Below, piece after piece: positions 38,380 through 51,904 of a stretch of DNA of 64,000 nt. The notes below the pieces were generated by a model. The model did no database searches. It had not been told where the DNA came from and saw only the letters and a list, made by a program, of their open reading frames with translations. Made by a program: the position numbers and the translations under genes. How positions within the stretch are numbered: the stretch's first letter is position 1; each line of letters opens with the position of its first letter. Source of the stretch: Octopus sinensis (lineage: Eukaryota); assembly GCF_006345805.1 (NCBI RefSeq), contig NC_043004.1:55118001-55182000 (forward strand), written 5' to 3'.

Positions 38380-39690
38380 CTTTTTCGGATTTATGATTCA
38401 CCGACGATATATATATATGGATCTCATCCATAATGTGAAAGTGACACCGACACTACTCTCGGATCACAAAATGGTAGAGCTGACCATGTACGGGCTAAAG
38501 GAAAGCATGGACATGCAGCCTACAAGAAACCCTCAAAATCTTTCCAGCTTGAACTTCCATAAAGCAAACTGGAAACAAATTGAGAAAGAGATCCTCAAAC
38601 AAAACTGGCCTGAATGTCTCTCCTCGCCAGACATCGACGTGAAACTTCAACAATTCATGTCTGTAATGCAAGCCATATGCTACAAATGTGTCCCAGAGAG
38701 AAAGGCCACTGTACACAAGAACAAAAATCCCCAGAGGAAAATTTTAATGAGACGGCGTACAAAAATTTCAAATCGCCTAAACAAACAAATTGAAAGCAGT
38801 GAAAAGTCCCGGCTGAAAATAAAACTTTTGGAAATTGGAAAAATGTCTGCAACTCTCCCATGAAAAGGAAAGAGCAAACAAAGAAGCCTGGGCTATAGAC
38901 AACATAAAATCTAACCCCAGAGCTTTCTACAGGTTTGCCAAAAGAACAGCTACGGTGCACTGTAGGATAGGGCCATTCCTTGAAAACGATAGCACACTGA
39001 CAGGAAAACCAATGAGGGTAAGTGAAATACTGAATGAGCAATTCAAGAGTGTTTTCACTCCACCCCTTGGGCATTTCCAAATCACCAATCCAACTGACTT
39101 CTTTACCACTGCAACTATAAAATGAGGCGGCGACGATAAATTACATCGATATAAAGGAAGACGATGTAACCAAGGCTATAGATGAAATGAAAACAGTTCC
39201 AGCTACTGGCCCCGATGGATTCCCAGCAATCCTCCTAAAAGTATGTAAGAGAGTCCTAGCAAGACCACTGCAGTTCCTCTTTCAGAGCTTCCTTGCAGCT
39301 CGCAAACTTCCAAGAAAACTGAAGGAAGGTAAAATATGCTCCATTCATAAAGGAGGTAGCAGAGCGGAGGCCAAGAACTCTCTGACCTCACACATCAGCA
39401 AGGTCATGGAACGAATAGTCAGAAGGAAACTGATCACCTTCCTTGAAGAAATTGACTTGCTGCCTGACACCCAACATGGTTTCCGACCAGAGAGAAGCTG
39501 CTTAACTCAGCTCCTACAACACTATGACTGGGTGCTGAAACGACTGCTCAACCACTCAAATGTGGAAGTGATATATCTCGACTTTGCAAATGCCTTGGAA
39601 TGACATGTCACAAACTGCGTGATCTCAGCATAGTTGGAAAAGTGGGAGAATGGCTTCATGACTTTCTGTAAGATAGAAGTCAGGTGGTAG
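38380..39690 (+). mobile_element. Decayed CR1/L2-group LINE ORF2 fragment (end of endonuclease + start of RT)
   Basis: LLSDHKMV, FHKANW, GPDGFP, LTSHISKVMERIV, QHGFRPERSCLTQLL, IYLDFA; inverted partial copy at 40013-40815. Confidence 0.85.
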
Positions 39691-40012
39691 GGCCACTTCC
39701 ATTAAAACGTTTCAATTATTTTCTAACGTAATCATAAATTTAGTCTGGTTTAATTAAACAATAATAACTTTTTTATTTATCAATATATTAACATGAATTT
39801 TAAAAGATAATTTAACGAAATTATAATTTTTGTCACAAAGTGATTCTAATTGCAGGTAAATACAGGTAAATTCAACAATATATAAAATTATTAAAATTTT
39901 GTTCAAAGATCGCTATAGAAAATGGGTTATTTGCGAATATTCAGTTGGGTACACAATAAAATTTTACGATAGAATTTGTTATTCTGGGAAACTTTATTAT
40001 ATTTATGGCAAA

Positions 40013-43000
40013 ATGTAATTTATCGTCGCCGCCTCTGATTTTATATCTTCAGTGGTAAAGAAGTCAGTGGGATTGGTGATTTGGAAATGCCCAAGGGGTG
40101 GAGTGAAAACACTCTTGAATTGCTCATTCAGTATTTCACTTACCCTCATTGGTTTTCCTGTGAGTGTGCTATCGTTTTCAAGGAGTGGCCCTATCCTACA
40201 GTGCACCGTAGCTGTTTCTTTGCCATACCTGTAGAAAGCTCTGGGGTTAGATTTTATGTTGTCCAGGCTTCTTTGTCTGCTCTTCCCTTTTCATGGGAGA
40301 GTTGCAGACATTTTTCGATTTCCAACAGTTTTACTTTCAGGCGGGACTTTTCACTGCTTTCAATTTGTTTGTTTAGGCGATTTGAAATTTTTGTACGCCG
40401 TCTCATTAAAATTTTTCTCTCTGGGGATTTTGTTCTTGTGTACAGTGGCCTTTCTCTCTGGGACACATTTGTAGTATATGGCTTGCATTACAGACATGAA
40501 TTGTTGAAGTTTCACGTCGATGTCTGGCCAGTTTTGTTTGAGGATCACTTTCTAAATTTGTTTCCAGTTTGCTTTATGGAAGTTCAAGCTGGAAAGATTC
40601 TGAGGGTTTCTTGTAGGCTGCATGTCCATGCTTTCCTTTGGCCCGTACAGGGTCAGCTCTACCATTTTGTGATCCGAGAGTAGTGTCGGTGTCACTTTCA
40701 CATTATGGATGGGATCCATATATATATATATCGTCGGTGAATCATAAATCCGAAAAAGATCACTTTGTCTGTCTATTAATCAACTCTGTCTATCTATCTA
40801 TCTATCTATCTATCTATTTTCTATCTATCAATCTGTCTGTCTAGTTGAAATTTGTATATACACAAAAGACGGAGACAGGTGTGACGTGCGGCAAAAATGA
40901 AGTCTTTTACGTTTCGAGCCTACGCTCTTCGACAGAAACGAATAAGAGAAAATAAAAAGAGAGAGAATGAAAAAAAGACAAAAAAAAAAGTGTAGATTTC
41001 AGCGGTCCAACATTTTTCCCCTAATACACTTGTTGTTCATCCATCTGTCTTCGTCTTTTGTTTTTCTATAAATTTTAACTGTTCATGGATTTCATTGAAT
41101 TTTTTCGTTGATATGTATCTCACTCTGTGTGTGTGTGTGTGTGTGTGTTGCCTTCTGAAGACAATATCTTGTTATGTCCCCCCAGGTACTGAGTTGTAGG
41201 CTCAGTGTGTGGTATGCCCTACCGTCAGCTGCTGGCAAGGTTCTGGCAAATACTCTTACCCGCCTGAATGAATGTCTCGTAAATGATGTTCTATCTGAAT
41301 CTCCATGTGGTTTCCGATCTGGTAGAGGGACAATGGATATGATTTTCACAGGAGAACTGTTATGAGCAAAATATGGATCTTATCCGGGAAGGCCTTTCAC
41401 ACTGTGAATAGGGCCTTGATGTGGAAAATACTCGGCAAACTTGAATGTCCGAATCACTTTGTATCTATAATTAAATCATTTCATGATGGGATGAAGGCTT
41501 GGGTCAATGCTGGTGGTCACATGGCGGGACCCATTCCTGTAAAGAATGGTCTCAAGCAGAGTGACATCCTTGTCCCAACTCTATTTTTTTTATGTGGCTG
41601 CTGCTTTTACTCATGCTTTTGCTAAGGTTAGCTCTCTGGGAATATATGTCGCCCTTTAGTCTGCACCGTTTTCCAGTCTCTTATACGTGACCTCCTTTAT
41701 GCAGATGACATGCAATTACTTATGAATCGTATTTCTGCTTCTTGCAAGGCATTTGGTCTCAGCATTAGCCTGGACTAATGTTCCAGCCTGCACCAGGAAA
41801 TCCATTTCTGCAATTCACAAAATTTATTAACAATAATTGTTTTCTACAAACCATAATGATATATAATTATTTTTGCAGCCTTCTGGCCTCCCAGACCCCA
41901 GTTGAACTGTTCAACCCATGCTAGCATGGAAAGCGGATGCTAAATGATGATGACGATGATGATGAATAGCTAGGAGTAGCCATCTGAGTGAAAGGGGTTC
42001 ATATGTTATAAATGGTTGAAAAACACTGATCCAACAGGTCCTTTTTCTAAAACAGCAGAGTGCGATTTGAGGAAGACTTTGTTGATATTTCTAGCAAGCT
42101 AAGCAAGCTAAGCAAACACATTGAGGCTGCTACGTTGACTTAAAATTACCTGATTTATGTTAATGCGGATCTTTTCCGTTTGGTTGCCAGTGGCTGCCAG
42201 TGTCAATTGTCTGTTTAATGATGGGAAATTAATTTTCGCTACGAATTGAAAATTATTAAAGTTTGAAAATTTTGGTAATTTTAGCCAAATGTCAGCCACA
42301 GATGCATTCATGGCTGTTTCGATAAACATGAGAACTCTTTTTGTCTCAACATGCTATATTTGAATTGTATATAAACCAGGTGGTTGTGAGGTTTGCTACA
42401 AATAATAGATTTCTTTTGATAAATCTTATAAATTGAAGTTTATTTACCAACATCTCGCTCAAAGATTTAAAACTAAATTTTTTTCTCTCGTAAATTAAGT
42501 TTTATCTACATAAAAGGAAATTACTCTTTTACTTGTTTCAGATATTTGACTGTGGCCATGCTGGAACAACTCGACCCCGGGACTTATTCTTTGTAAGCCC
42601 AGTACTTATTCTATCGGTCTCTTTTGCCGAACTACTAATTAATGGGGGACATAACACACCAGCATCGGTTGTCAAGCAATGCTAAGTGACATACTCGCAC
42701 ATACATATATATATATATATACGACAGGCTTCTTTCAGTTTCCGTTTACCAAATCCACTCACAAGGCTTTGGGCAGCCCAAGGCTATAGCAGAAGACAGT
42801 TGCCCAAGATGCCCCGCAGTGGGACTGAACCGCGAATCATGTGGTTGGTTAGCAAGCTACTTACCACACAGCTTTCCTGCACCTGGAGAATTATGAAATT
42901 GTCACCTATGATTATGACCCTAGTATCGATCTATTGCATTGAAATCTGTTTTAGGGTTAGTGTAAGTTAGGGTTAGGGGTGGGGGGAAGGGTATGTTTTT

Positions 43001-43670
43001 TTTCTTCACGAATGTAAATAAAACCAATCTGTTTCTTAAACGAAATAAAACAAATATTTATTAGGATCTTTTCGGTTTGAACGGCAGTTTTTCTAGCGGT
43101 GTCATATGAAATGGTCACCCATAATTATGACCCTAGTATCGATCTACTGCATTAGGGTCAGGGGTGGGGGGAAGGGTATCTTTTTTTCTCCACAAATGTA
43201 AATAAACCCAATCTGTTTCTTAAACGAGGGACATATTCATACGGCACAGAACGTTTTCACTTCAATAGACGTCATTGATTAGTTGAAATTGCAGAAATTG
43301 AAGAAAAGAACAACAAATATCTTACAAACTACAGAATTTCCTCAATAAAGCTAAGTATATGATCCATTAATACAAATACTGAAATTGATAGTGATAATGA
43401 CCACTGATAATGGTTTTAGACAATTTTGATAAAATGAAGATAAGCTACTGTACAAGGGATATAATAGTTGAGCAAAATGCTCTTAAATTACCTCCATTGC
43501 TACAAACTGTGAAATAACTGTCGGTTGCCGTTTAGTTAAATGAACTAAATAAAATCAGTAATTAGTTAGTACATTTACTTACCAATTATGGTACTGATAA
43601 TTATTTTATCGACTCCAAATGAATAAGAATAAAACCAATAGGGTCAGGATTTAAATTAACAACACGTCTA
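40013..43670 (-). repeat. Inverted mosaic duplicate
   Basis: 40013-40815~38330-39146; 41211-41805~36783-37430; 41804-42890~59735-61143 (and 19100-26648 minus the Helitron); 43040-43670~16990-18050; all reverse complement. Confidence 0.88.
40860..41095 (-). mobile_element. Penelope-like terminal repeat fragment (second fragment at 61410-61605, plus strand)
   Basis: Both carry ctg(t/c)tgaagagcgtaggctcgaaa(c/t)gt-like motifs typical of PLE pLTR ends; no RT or GIY-YIG ORF present. Confidence 0.5.
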
Positions 43671-46600
43671 CCTCAAACATTTGAAATGCCGCACACCTGC
43701 TGGGAATCGAGGATAGGTTTCATTGACGGTCCGAATGCATAATATTCCGAATACTATCCTGCATAATATTCCGAATACTATCATCGACCAAAGTACGCTG
43801 TAAATTATAGTGATTCTGCTTGTAGGGACAAATCTAGAACCTCTTCAGGACAGCCGCCAATTATTGATGGTCGACCCTATCGAAAGCTTTCAGCTGTTTT
43901 AAATTGATCTGGGCCCCACACATTCCTGATTCTTTACCTTTCTCTCCATGATGTTTCGCATGAAGTGGAGGTTGTGGATAGATCATTGTATGGCGCATGT
44001 TTGTGCTTCAGCTCCCAGAATTTGGACACGCGTCAACCTCTTTGTTAAGATCTTAGCCAAAATCAAGCTTGCATTTAGATATGTACCTAATGTTAAAATT
44101 TTGCACCCTTTACCATCGAACACTTTCTCTCATAGCTTGGAGCACGCATCCAGCCTCTGACAACGCTACATTCATCCTTAAAGTGTTAAAGAATTGGTCA
44201 AGGGACAACCTCGTTGCCTTGTTCGTTTGCTGCAGTCCTTTGCTTAAGCTCTCATTTTACTTTAGAATTCTCTATCACTATTTCCTTACTAAATCTTATC
44301 GGTTCTGATTTAAAAGTTCTTTTCAGGGCTAACCATCAACAGTTGTTGACGATTTCTCTATTTCGATCTCTGTAAATTTGACGCACCAGGAACGATGCAT
44401 TTCGTTTCCAGTAACCGGCCCCTGTATACACATATAATACATACATATATGCAAGCTTGCATGTATATACATACATACGAACATACATACATATGTGTGT
44501 TTTAAGCAGTAGTTTTACGTCAACCCAGAAAAAAGATTTTAGCCAATTCTCCAATCAGCATCGAGTAATTGACCAAGTGTTAATGTTCACAACAGCCGAA
44601 GAGGATTTGTGTTAAATTATCGGGAACTTATTCCAGAAGCTTAATAGTCCTCAATCCACTCTGCAAGAGCATCTGAAGTAGATTGGAACAATGTATTAAA
44701 AAGGGAAGCGGATATCTCATTTAGCAAGTTACAATATTTTCCTGGAATAAACAAAATTTTAAAATTGAATGGTAACAGGATATGAGGAATAGATAGTCTA
44801 CGCTAGCAAATTTACGAAGCAGTGGACTGTTTGACCGGGTTCTGGGAATCGACGTACACCCCCTCCATTGAAATTGCTGGCCTTTTGCCATAGTTTGAAA
44901 TCAGTCTTTTGGAGCAGGCACAATCATTTGCATGTTGGGTGAAATATTTAACATTGTTTCCAGCTTTATGTTTTGAGTTCAGATTCTGCGAATATGGAAG
45001 TTGCCTTTCATTCTTTCAAGTTCAATAAAATAAAGCACCAGTCTAGTATTTGGGGGTCGATGTAACTGACTTGTCCTTTCCCTCAAATTTGTTGGCCTTG
45101 TACCAAAATTAGAAAGCAGTGTATTGAGAGTTTAAGAACGGTGACATCAAATAAGATTGTAGTGTTGATCTAGAATTGAAACCCAAGAAATATGGCATAT
45201 TTTTTTATTTTTATAAATTAGCTTCAGGAATGCAGGACTAACAAATATTTTGTTAGAGGGACATATTTTATAAGGTAGTGTTGGGTATGTTTTGTATAAT
45301 TCAATGGCAAAATTAATCCCTTGTTATCCACATTGCCTTGAACTAATCAGGCATTAATCTTGTAGCTTTGAGATTTTGTAAAAGTTAATTTTTTAAAACG
45401 ATATTGTAGCGCTTGTACAAGAAACAGATCTTGCCAGTTTAAACAGGCAGAATACTTTTGGCCGGATATGGCCGGTTGGAATGCAAAAGGGTTAATCTCT
45501 TATCTTCTAAAGGATGTTCAGTCTTGCAGATCGCATAGCACTTCATTAATGCTGACAGTATAAAAAAAAAATTTCAAATTGGACAGTGAGATACAAGGCC
45601 CGTCTGGCGTCTGTCGGATCCTGACAAATCATCCTTTCATGATATGATAGGTCTGTATGATGCTATATTGATTGGCAAAATTGTATAGTGTGAGAGAAAA
45701 TGTTTTGCTGTATCTAATTATGTCCTGCTCTGTTCATAATTAACCATAATCCCAATCCAGTCCTTAATCTCTAGGGAACAAAGGTGCATGTGTAGTTTGC
45801 AATGTCTTCTCTTCACTCGAATACTTCTGTGTATACGACGTTCCTAGCTGTCCCTGTGCTAAAAGTTGAGTTAAAAAGGTCGGTTTGAACGGCAGTTTTT
45901 CTAGCGGTGTCATATGAAATGGTCACCCATAATTATGACCCTAGTATCGATCTACTGCATTAGGGTCAGGGGTGGGGGGAAGGGTATCTTTTTTTCTCCA
46001 CAAATGTAAATAAACCCAATCTGTTTCTTAAACGAGGGACATATTCATACGGCACAGAACGTTTTCACTTCAATAGACGTCATTGATTAGTTGAAATTGC
46101 AGAAATTGAAGAAAAGAACAACAAATATCTTACAAACTACAGAATTTCCTCAATAAAGCTAAGTATATGATCCATTAATACAAATACTGAAATTGATAGT
46201 GATAATGACCACTGATAATGGTTTTAGACAATTTTGATAAAATGAAGATAAGCTACTGTACAAGGGATATAATAGTTGAGCAAAATGCTCTTAAATTACC
46301 TCCATTGCTACAAACTGTGAAATAACTGTCGGTTGCCGTTTAGTTAAATGAACTAAATAAAATCAGTAATTAGTACATTTACTTACCAATTATGGTACTG
46401 ATAATTATTTTATCGACTCCAAATGAATAAGAATAAAACCAATAGGGTCAGGATTTAAATTAACAACACGTCTACCTCAAACATTTGAAATGCCGCACAC
46501 CTGCTGGGAATCGAGGATAGGTTTCATTGACGGTCCGAATGCATAATATTCCGAATACTATCCTTATCATCGACCAAAGTACGCTGTAAATTATAGTGAT

Positions 46601-49600
46601 TCTGCTTGTAGGGACAAATCTAGAACCTCTTCAGGACAGCCGCCAATTATTGATGGTCGACCCTATCGAAAGCTTTCAGCTGTTTTAAATTGATCTGGGC
46701 CCCACACATTCCTGATTCTTTACCTTTCTCTCCATGATGTTTCGCATGAAGTGGAGGTTGTGGATAGATCATTGTATGGCGCATGTTTGTGCTTCAGCTC
46801 CCAGAATTTGGACACGCGTCAACCTCTTTGTTAAGATCTTAGCCAAAATCAAGCTTGCATTTAGATATGTACCTAATGTTAAAATTTTGCACCCTTTACC
46901 ATCGAACACTTTCTCTCATAGCTTGGAGCACGCATCCAGCCTCTGACAACGCTACATTCATCCTTAAAGTGTTAAAGAATTGGTCAAGGGACAACCTCGT
47001 TGCCTTGTTCGTTTGCTGCAGTCCTTTGCTTAAGCTCTCATTTTACTTTAGAATTCTCTATCACTATTTCCTTACTAAATCTTATCGGTTCTGATTTAAA
47101 AGTTCTTTTCAGGGCTAACCATCAACAGTTGTTGACGATTTCTCTATTTCGATCTCTGTAAATTTGACGCACCAGGAACGATGCATTTCGTTTCCAGTAA
47201 CCGGCCCCTGTATACACATATAATACATACATATATGCAAGCTTGCATGTATATATACATACATACGAACATACATACATATGTGTGTTTTAAGCAGTAG
47301 TTTTACGTCAACCCAGAAAAAAGATTTTAGCCAATTCTCCAATCAGCATCGAGTAATTGACCAAGTGTTAATGTTCACAACAGCCGAAGAGGATTTGTGT
47401 TAAATTATCGGGAACTTATTCCAGAAGCTTAATAGTCCTCAATCCACTCTGCAAGAGCATCTGAAGTAGATTGGAACAATGTATTAAAAAGGGAAGCGGA
47501 TATCTCATTAGCATCTGTGCATTTAGCAAGTTACAATATTTTCCTGGAATAAACAAAATTTTAAAATTGAATGGTAACAGGATATGAGGAATAGATAGTC
47601 TACGCTAACAAATTTACGAAGCAGTGGACTGTTTGACCGGGTTCTGGGAATCGACGTACACCCCCTCCATTGAAATTGCTGGCCTTTTGCCATAGTTTGA
47701 AATCAGTCTTTTGGAGCAGGCACAATCATTTGCATGTTGGGTGAAATATTTAACATTGTTTCCAGCTTTATGTTTTGAGTTCAGATTCTGCGAATATGGA
47801 AGTTGCCTTTCATTCTTTCAAGTTCAATAAAATAAAGCACCAGTCTAGTATTTGGGGGTCGATGTAACTGACTTGTCCTTTCCCTCAAATTTGTTGGCCT
47901 TGTACCAAAATTAGAAAGCAGTGTATTGAGAGTTTAAGAACGGTGACATCAAATAAGATTGTAGTGTTGATCTAGAATTGAAACCCAAGAAATATGGCAT
48001 ATTTTTTTATTTTTATAAATTAGCTTCAGGAATGCAGGACTAACAAATATTTTGTTAGAGGGACATATTTTATAAGGTAGTGTTGGGTATGTTTTGTATA
48101 ATTCAATGGCAAAATTAATCCCTTGTTATCCACATTGCCTTGAACTAATCAGGCATTAATCTTGTAGCTTTGAGATTTTGTAAAAGTTAATTTTTTAAAA
48201 CGATATTGTAGCGCTTGTACAAGAAACAGATCTTGCCAGTTTAAACAGGCAGAATACTTTTGGCCGGATATGGCCGGTTGGAATGCAAAAGGGTTAATCT
48301 CTTATCTTCTAAAGGATGTTCAGTCTTGCAGATCGCATAGTATGCTGACAGTATAAAAAAAAAATTTCAAATTGGACAGTGAGATACAAGGCCCGTCTGG
48401 CGTCTGTCGGATCCTGACAAATCATCCTTTCATGATATGATAGGTCTGTATGATGCTATATTGATTGGCAAAATTGTATAGTGTGAGAGAAAATGTTTTG
48501 CTGTATCTAATTATGTCCTGCTCTGTTCATAATTAACCATAATCCCAATCTCTAGGGAACAAAGGTGCATGTGTAGTTTGCAATGTCTTCTCTTCACTCG
48601 AATACTTTTGTGTATACGACGTTCCTAGCTGTCCCTGTGCTAAAAGTTGAGTTAAAAAGGTCGGTTTGAACGGCAGTTTTTCTAGCGGTGTCATATGAAA
48701 TGGACACCCATAATTATGACCCTAGTATCGATCTACTGCATTAGGGTCAGGGGTGGGGGGAAGGGTATCTTTTTTTCTCCACAAATGTAAATAAACCCAA
48801 TCTGTTTCTTAAACGAGGGACATATTCATACGGCACAGAACGTTTTCACTTCAATAGACGTCATTGATTAGTTGAAATTGCAGAAATTGAAGAAAAGAAC
48901 AACAAATATCTTACAAACTACAGAATTTCCTCAATAAAGCTAAGTATATGATCCATTAATACAAATACTGAAATTGATAGTGATAATGACCACTGATAAT
49001 GGTTTTAGACAATTTTGATAAAATGAAGATAAGCTACTGTACAAGGGATATAATAGTTGAGCAAAATGCTCTTAAATTACCTCCATTGCTACAAACTGTG
49101 AAATAACTGTCGGTTGCCGTTTAGTTAAATGAACTAAATAAAATCAGTAATTAGTTAGTACATTTACTTACCAATTATGGTACTGATAATTATTTTATCG
49201 ACTCCAAATAAATAAGAATAAAACCAATAGGGTCAGGATTTAAATTAACAACACGTCTACCTCAAACATTTGAAATGCCGCACACCTGCTGGGAATCGAG
49301 GATAGGTTTCATTGACGGTCCGAATGCATAATATTCCGAATACTATCCTTATCATCGACCAAAGTACGCTGTAAATTATAGTGATTCTGCTTGTAGGGAC
49401 AAATCTAGAACCTCTTCAGGACAGCCGCCAATTATTGATGGTCGACCCTATCGAAAGCTTTCAGCTGTTTTAAATTGATCTGGGCCCCACACATTCCTGA
49501 TTCTTTACATTTCTCTCCATGATGTTTCGCATGAAGTGGAGGTTGTGGATAGATCATTGTATGGCGCATGTTTGTGCTTCAGCTCCCAGAATTTGGACAC

Positions 49601-49665
49601 GCGTCAACCTCTTTGTTAAGATCTTAGCCAAAATCAAGCTTGCATTTAGATATGTACCTAATGTG
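43073..49665 (+). repeat. Tandem array, unit about 2.8 kb, about 2.4 copies
   Basis: cggtttgaacggcag anchor at 43073, 45881 and 48662; identical ORF calls at 43948 and 46734. Confidence 0.93.
43690..44310 (-). mobile_element. Decayed L1/Tx1-clade RT fragment (repeated at 46470-47100 and 49255-49665; related piece at 51120-51640)
   Basis: Minus-strand peptides ILAKILTKRLTRV, AQTCAI, NLHFMR, KAFDRVDHQ; DGLLYEFY in the 51 kb piece. Confidence 0.75.
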
Positions 49666-51904
49666 TGCCACGTATGATTTAATTAGATTTAATTATGATT
49701 TAATTAGATTTTTTTTCCAGTAATTTAATAGAATAAAAAGGGCCATATAGCTCCTTGGAGCAGACGATTTTTGCTGAGAATTTAAAAAGAAAATCTTACA
49801 ATTCCCAAAATTGCATGATTTTATCGATTATTTCTGATGGAATCTAACGTTAGAATTAAGTTTCTACGGAAAATATTAAGCTTCACCAAGAGTTTGGTAA
49901 AAATCGATTGCAACTTGCGAAAGCTACAACAGAAAATGTGATGCATATAAAAGGTTTAGACTTTCGACCCTATGTCGAATTTATCGACTTTTTCAGAACT
50001 GGGGAAACTTTTCAAGATCTTCGCGTCGTTAGTTTTGCAATATTGTCATATTGGGCTACGTGTATGTCAAGTTTCATCAGAATCTGTTGAAGCCGTGGTC
50101 AGAGTAAGGGTACAATTTGCCAGACACACTGACATGTTTATATATAAAGAAAAATACGACGGGTTTCTTTCCACTCACAAGGTTTTGGATGGCCTGAAGC
50201 TATAGTAAAAGACAAGGTGCCACGCAGTGGAAATGAACTAGCAAAAGGATACGGATCTTTTCGGTTTGAACGGCAGTTTTTAACATAATTTCTAGGTAAC
50301 TAAAAAATTTTAAACTTCGTATACTGGTAGAATGTGTTCATAAAAATCTTTTTCTCTTGGCTTTATTGAGAAAATTCTATAGTTTGTAAGATATTTGTTT
50401 TATCTTCAATTTCTGCAATTTCAACCAATCAATGACGTCTATTGAGGTGAAAACATTCTGTGCCGTCTGAATATGTGTCTCGTTTAAGAAACAGATTGGG
50501 ATTATTTACATTTGTGAAGAAAAAAAGATACCCTTCCCCCCACCCCTGACCCTAAAACAGATAGAAATGCAGTAGATCGATACTAGGGTTATAATTATGG
50601 GTGACAATTTCATATGACACCGCTAGAAAAACTGCTGTTCAAACCGAAAAGATCCTAAAAAATATTTGTGTTTTATTTACTTTGCTAGGTAGTCGCTGTA
50701 GGATCGACTAGTCACGAGTAGCTAGCGCGGATGTGCGTCTACTTGCACCGGGACCCCTCTTCTTAAGTAGTACCACTTTTAATACATTAAAGCGTGTAAT
50801 ATAGGCTGAACTTCGTATATAGGACCAAATGGTAATTTTTGAAGAGATATTTCTTTGAAACACATGCGTCTTATATCTCATCAAATACGGTATTTATGTT
50901 TTCGATAGTAATCCACAGCTAAAATATGAACCTCTAATTCGTGTAGTCCTAGGGAAACTGTTCAGTGTGGCCATGTTTTAAGATGGCACTGTTTCTAGGG
51001 CAATAAAATATGTAAGAGGCATGCGTTGAATTTAATTCAACGGTCTGTGTGCCTTCCTTTTACATATTTCCGGCCTTCGTGTATCTTTAGCAGCATCAGT
51101 ACATCAGTACATCTCATTTTGCAGTAGTGGGAATTCTCCAGACACCTGCCAAGAATGCCCAGAACAAGCCCGTAACGATAAAATTCGTACAGCAGACCAT
51201 CCAACTCGTACAGCAGCCCATCCATTTTTTCATCAGTTGTTGTCAGCATTTCACTGTCCGTATTCCTACCCGAGAGGTGCAAGAACCGTTGAGGAAGTTG
51301 GTAAGTACACCTCCGTTTCCAGTCTACTGTCTACCTCAAACAGTTGAAATGCAACACACCTGCTTGGAATCGAGTAACATGCGCTCCTCTTGTGCCACCA
51401 AAGACCAAAATGTGGTTTTGTTACCCTTTACCATTCGGTCCCATCGAACAGTTTCTTTCTTTCATAGCTTGGAGCACGCATCCAGCCTCTGACAACGCTA
51501 CATTCATCCTTAAAGAGTTAAAGAATTGGTCAAGGGCCAACCTCGTTGCCTTGTTCGTTAGCTGCAGTCCTTTGCTTAAGCTTTCATTTTACTTTAGAAT
51601 TCTCTATCACTATTTCCTTACTAAATCTTATCGGTTCTGATTTAAAAGCTCTTTTCAGGGCTAACCATCAACAGTTGTTGACGATTTCTCTATTTCGATC
51701 TCTGTAAATTTGATGCACCAGGAACGATGCATTTCGTTTCCAGTAACCGGGCCCCTGTATACACATATAATACATACATATATGCAAGCTTGCATGTATA
51801 TATACATACATACGAACATACCTACTTACGTGTGTTTTTAAGCAGTAGTTTTACGTCAACCCAGAAAAAAGATTTTAGCCAATTATCCAATCTGCATCGA
51901 GTAA

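Noticed and set aside
42950-42985. Interstitial telomere (ttagggttag...ttagggttagggg)
   Set aside because: Only 2-3 units, and part of the MITE internal sequence seen in other copies.
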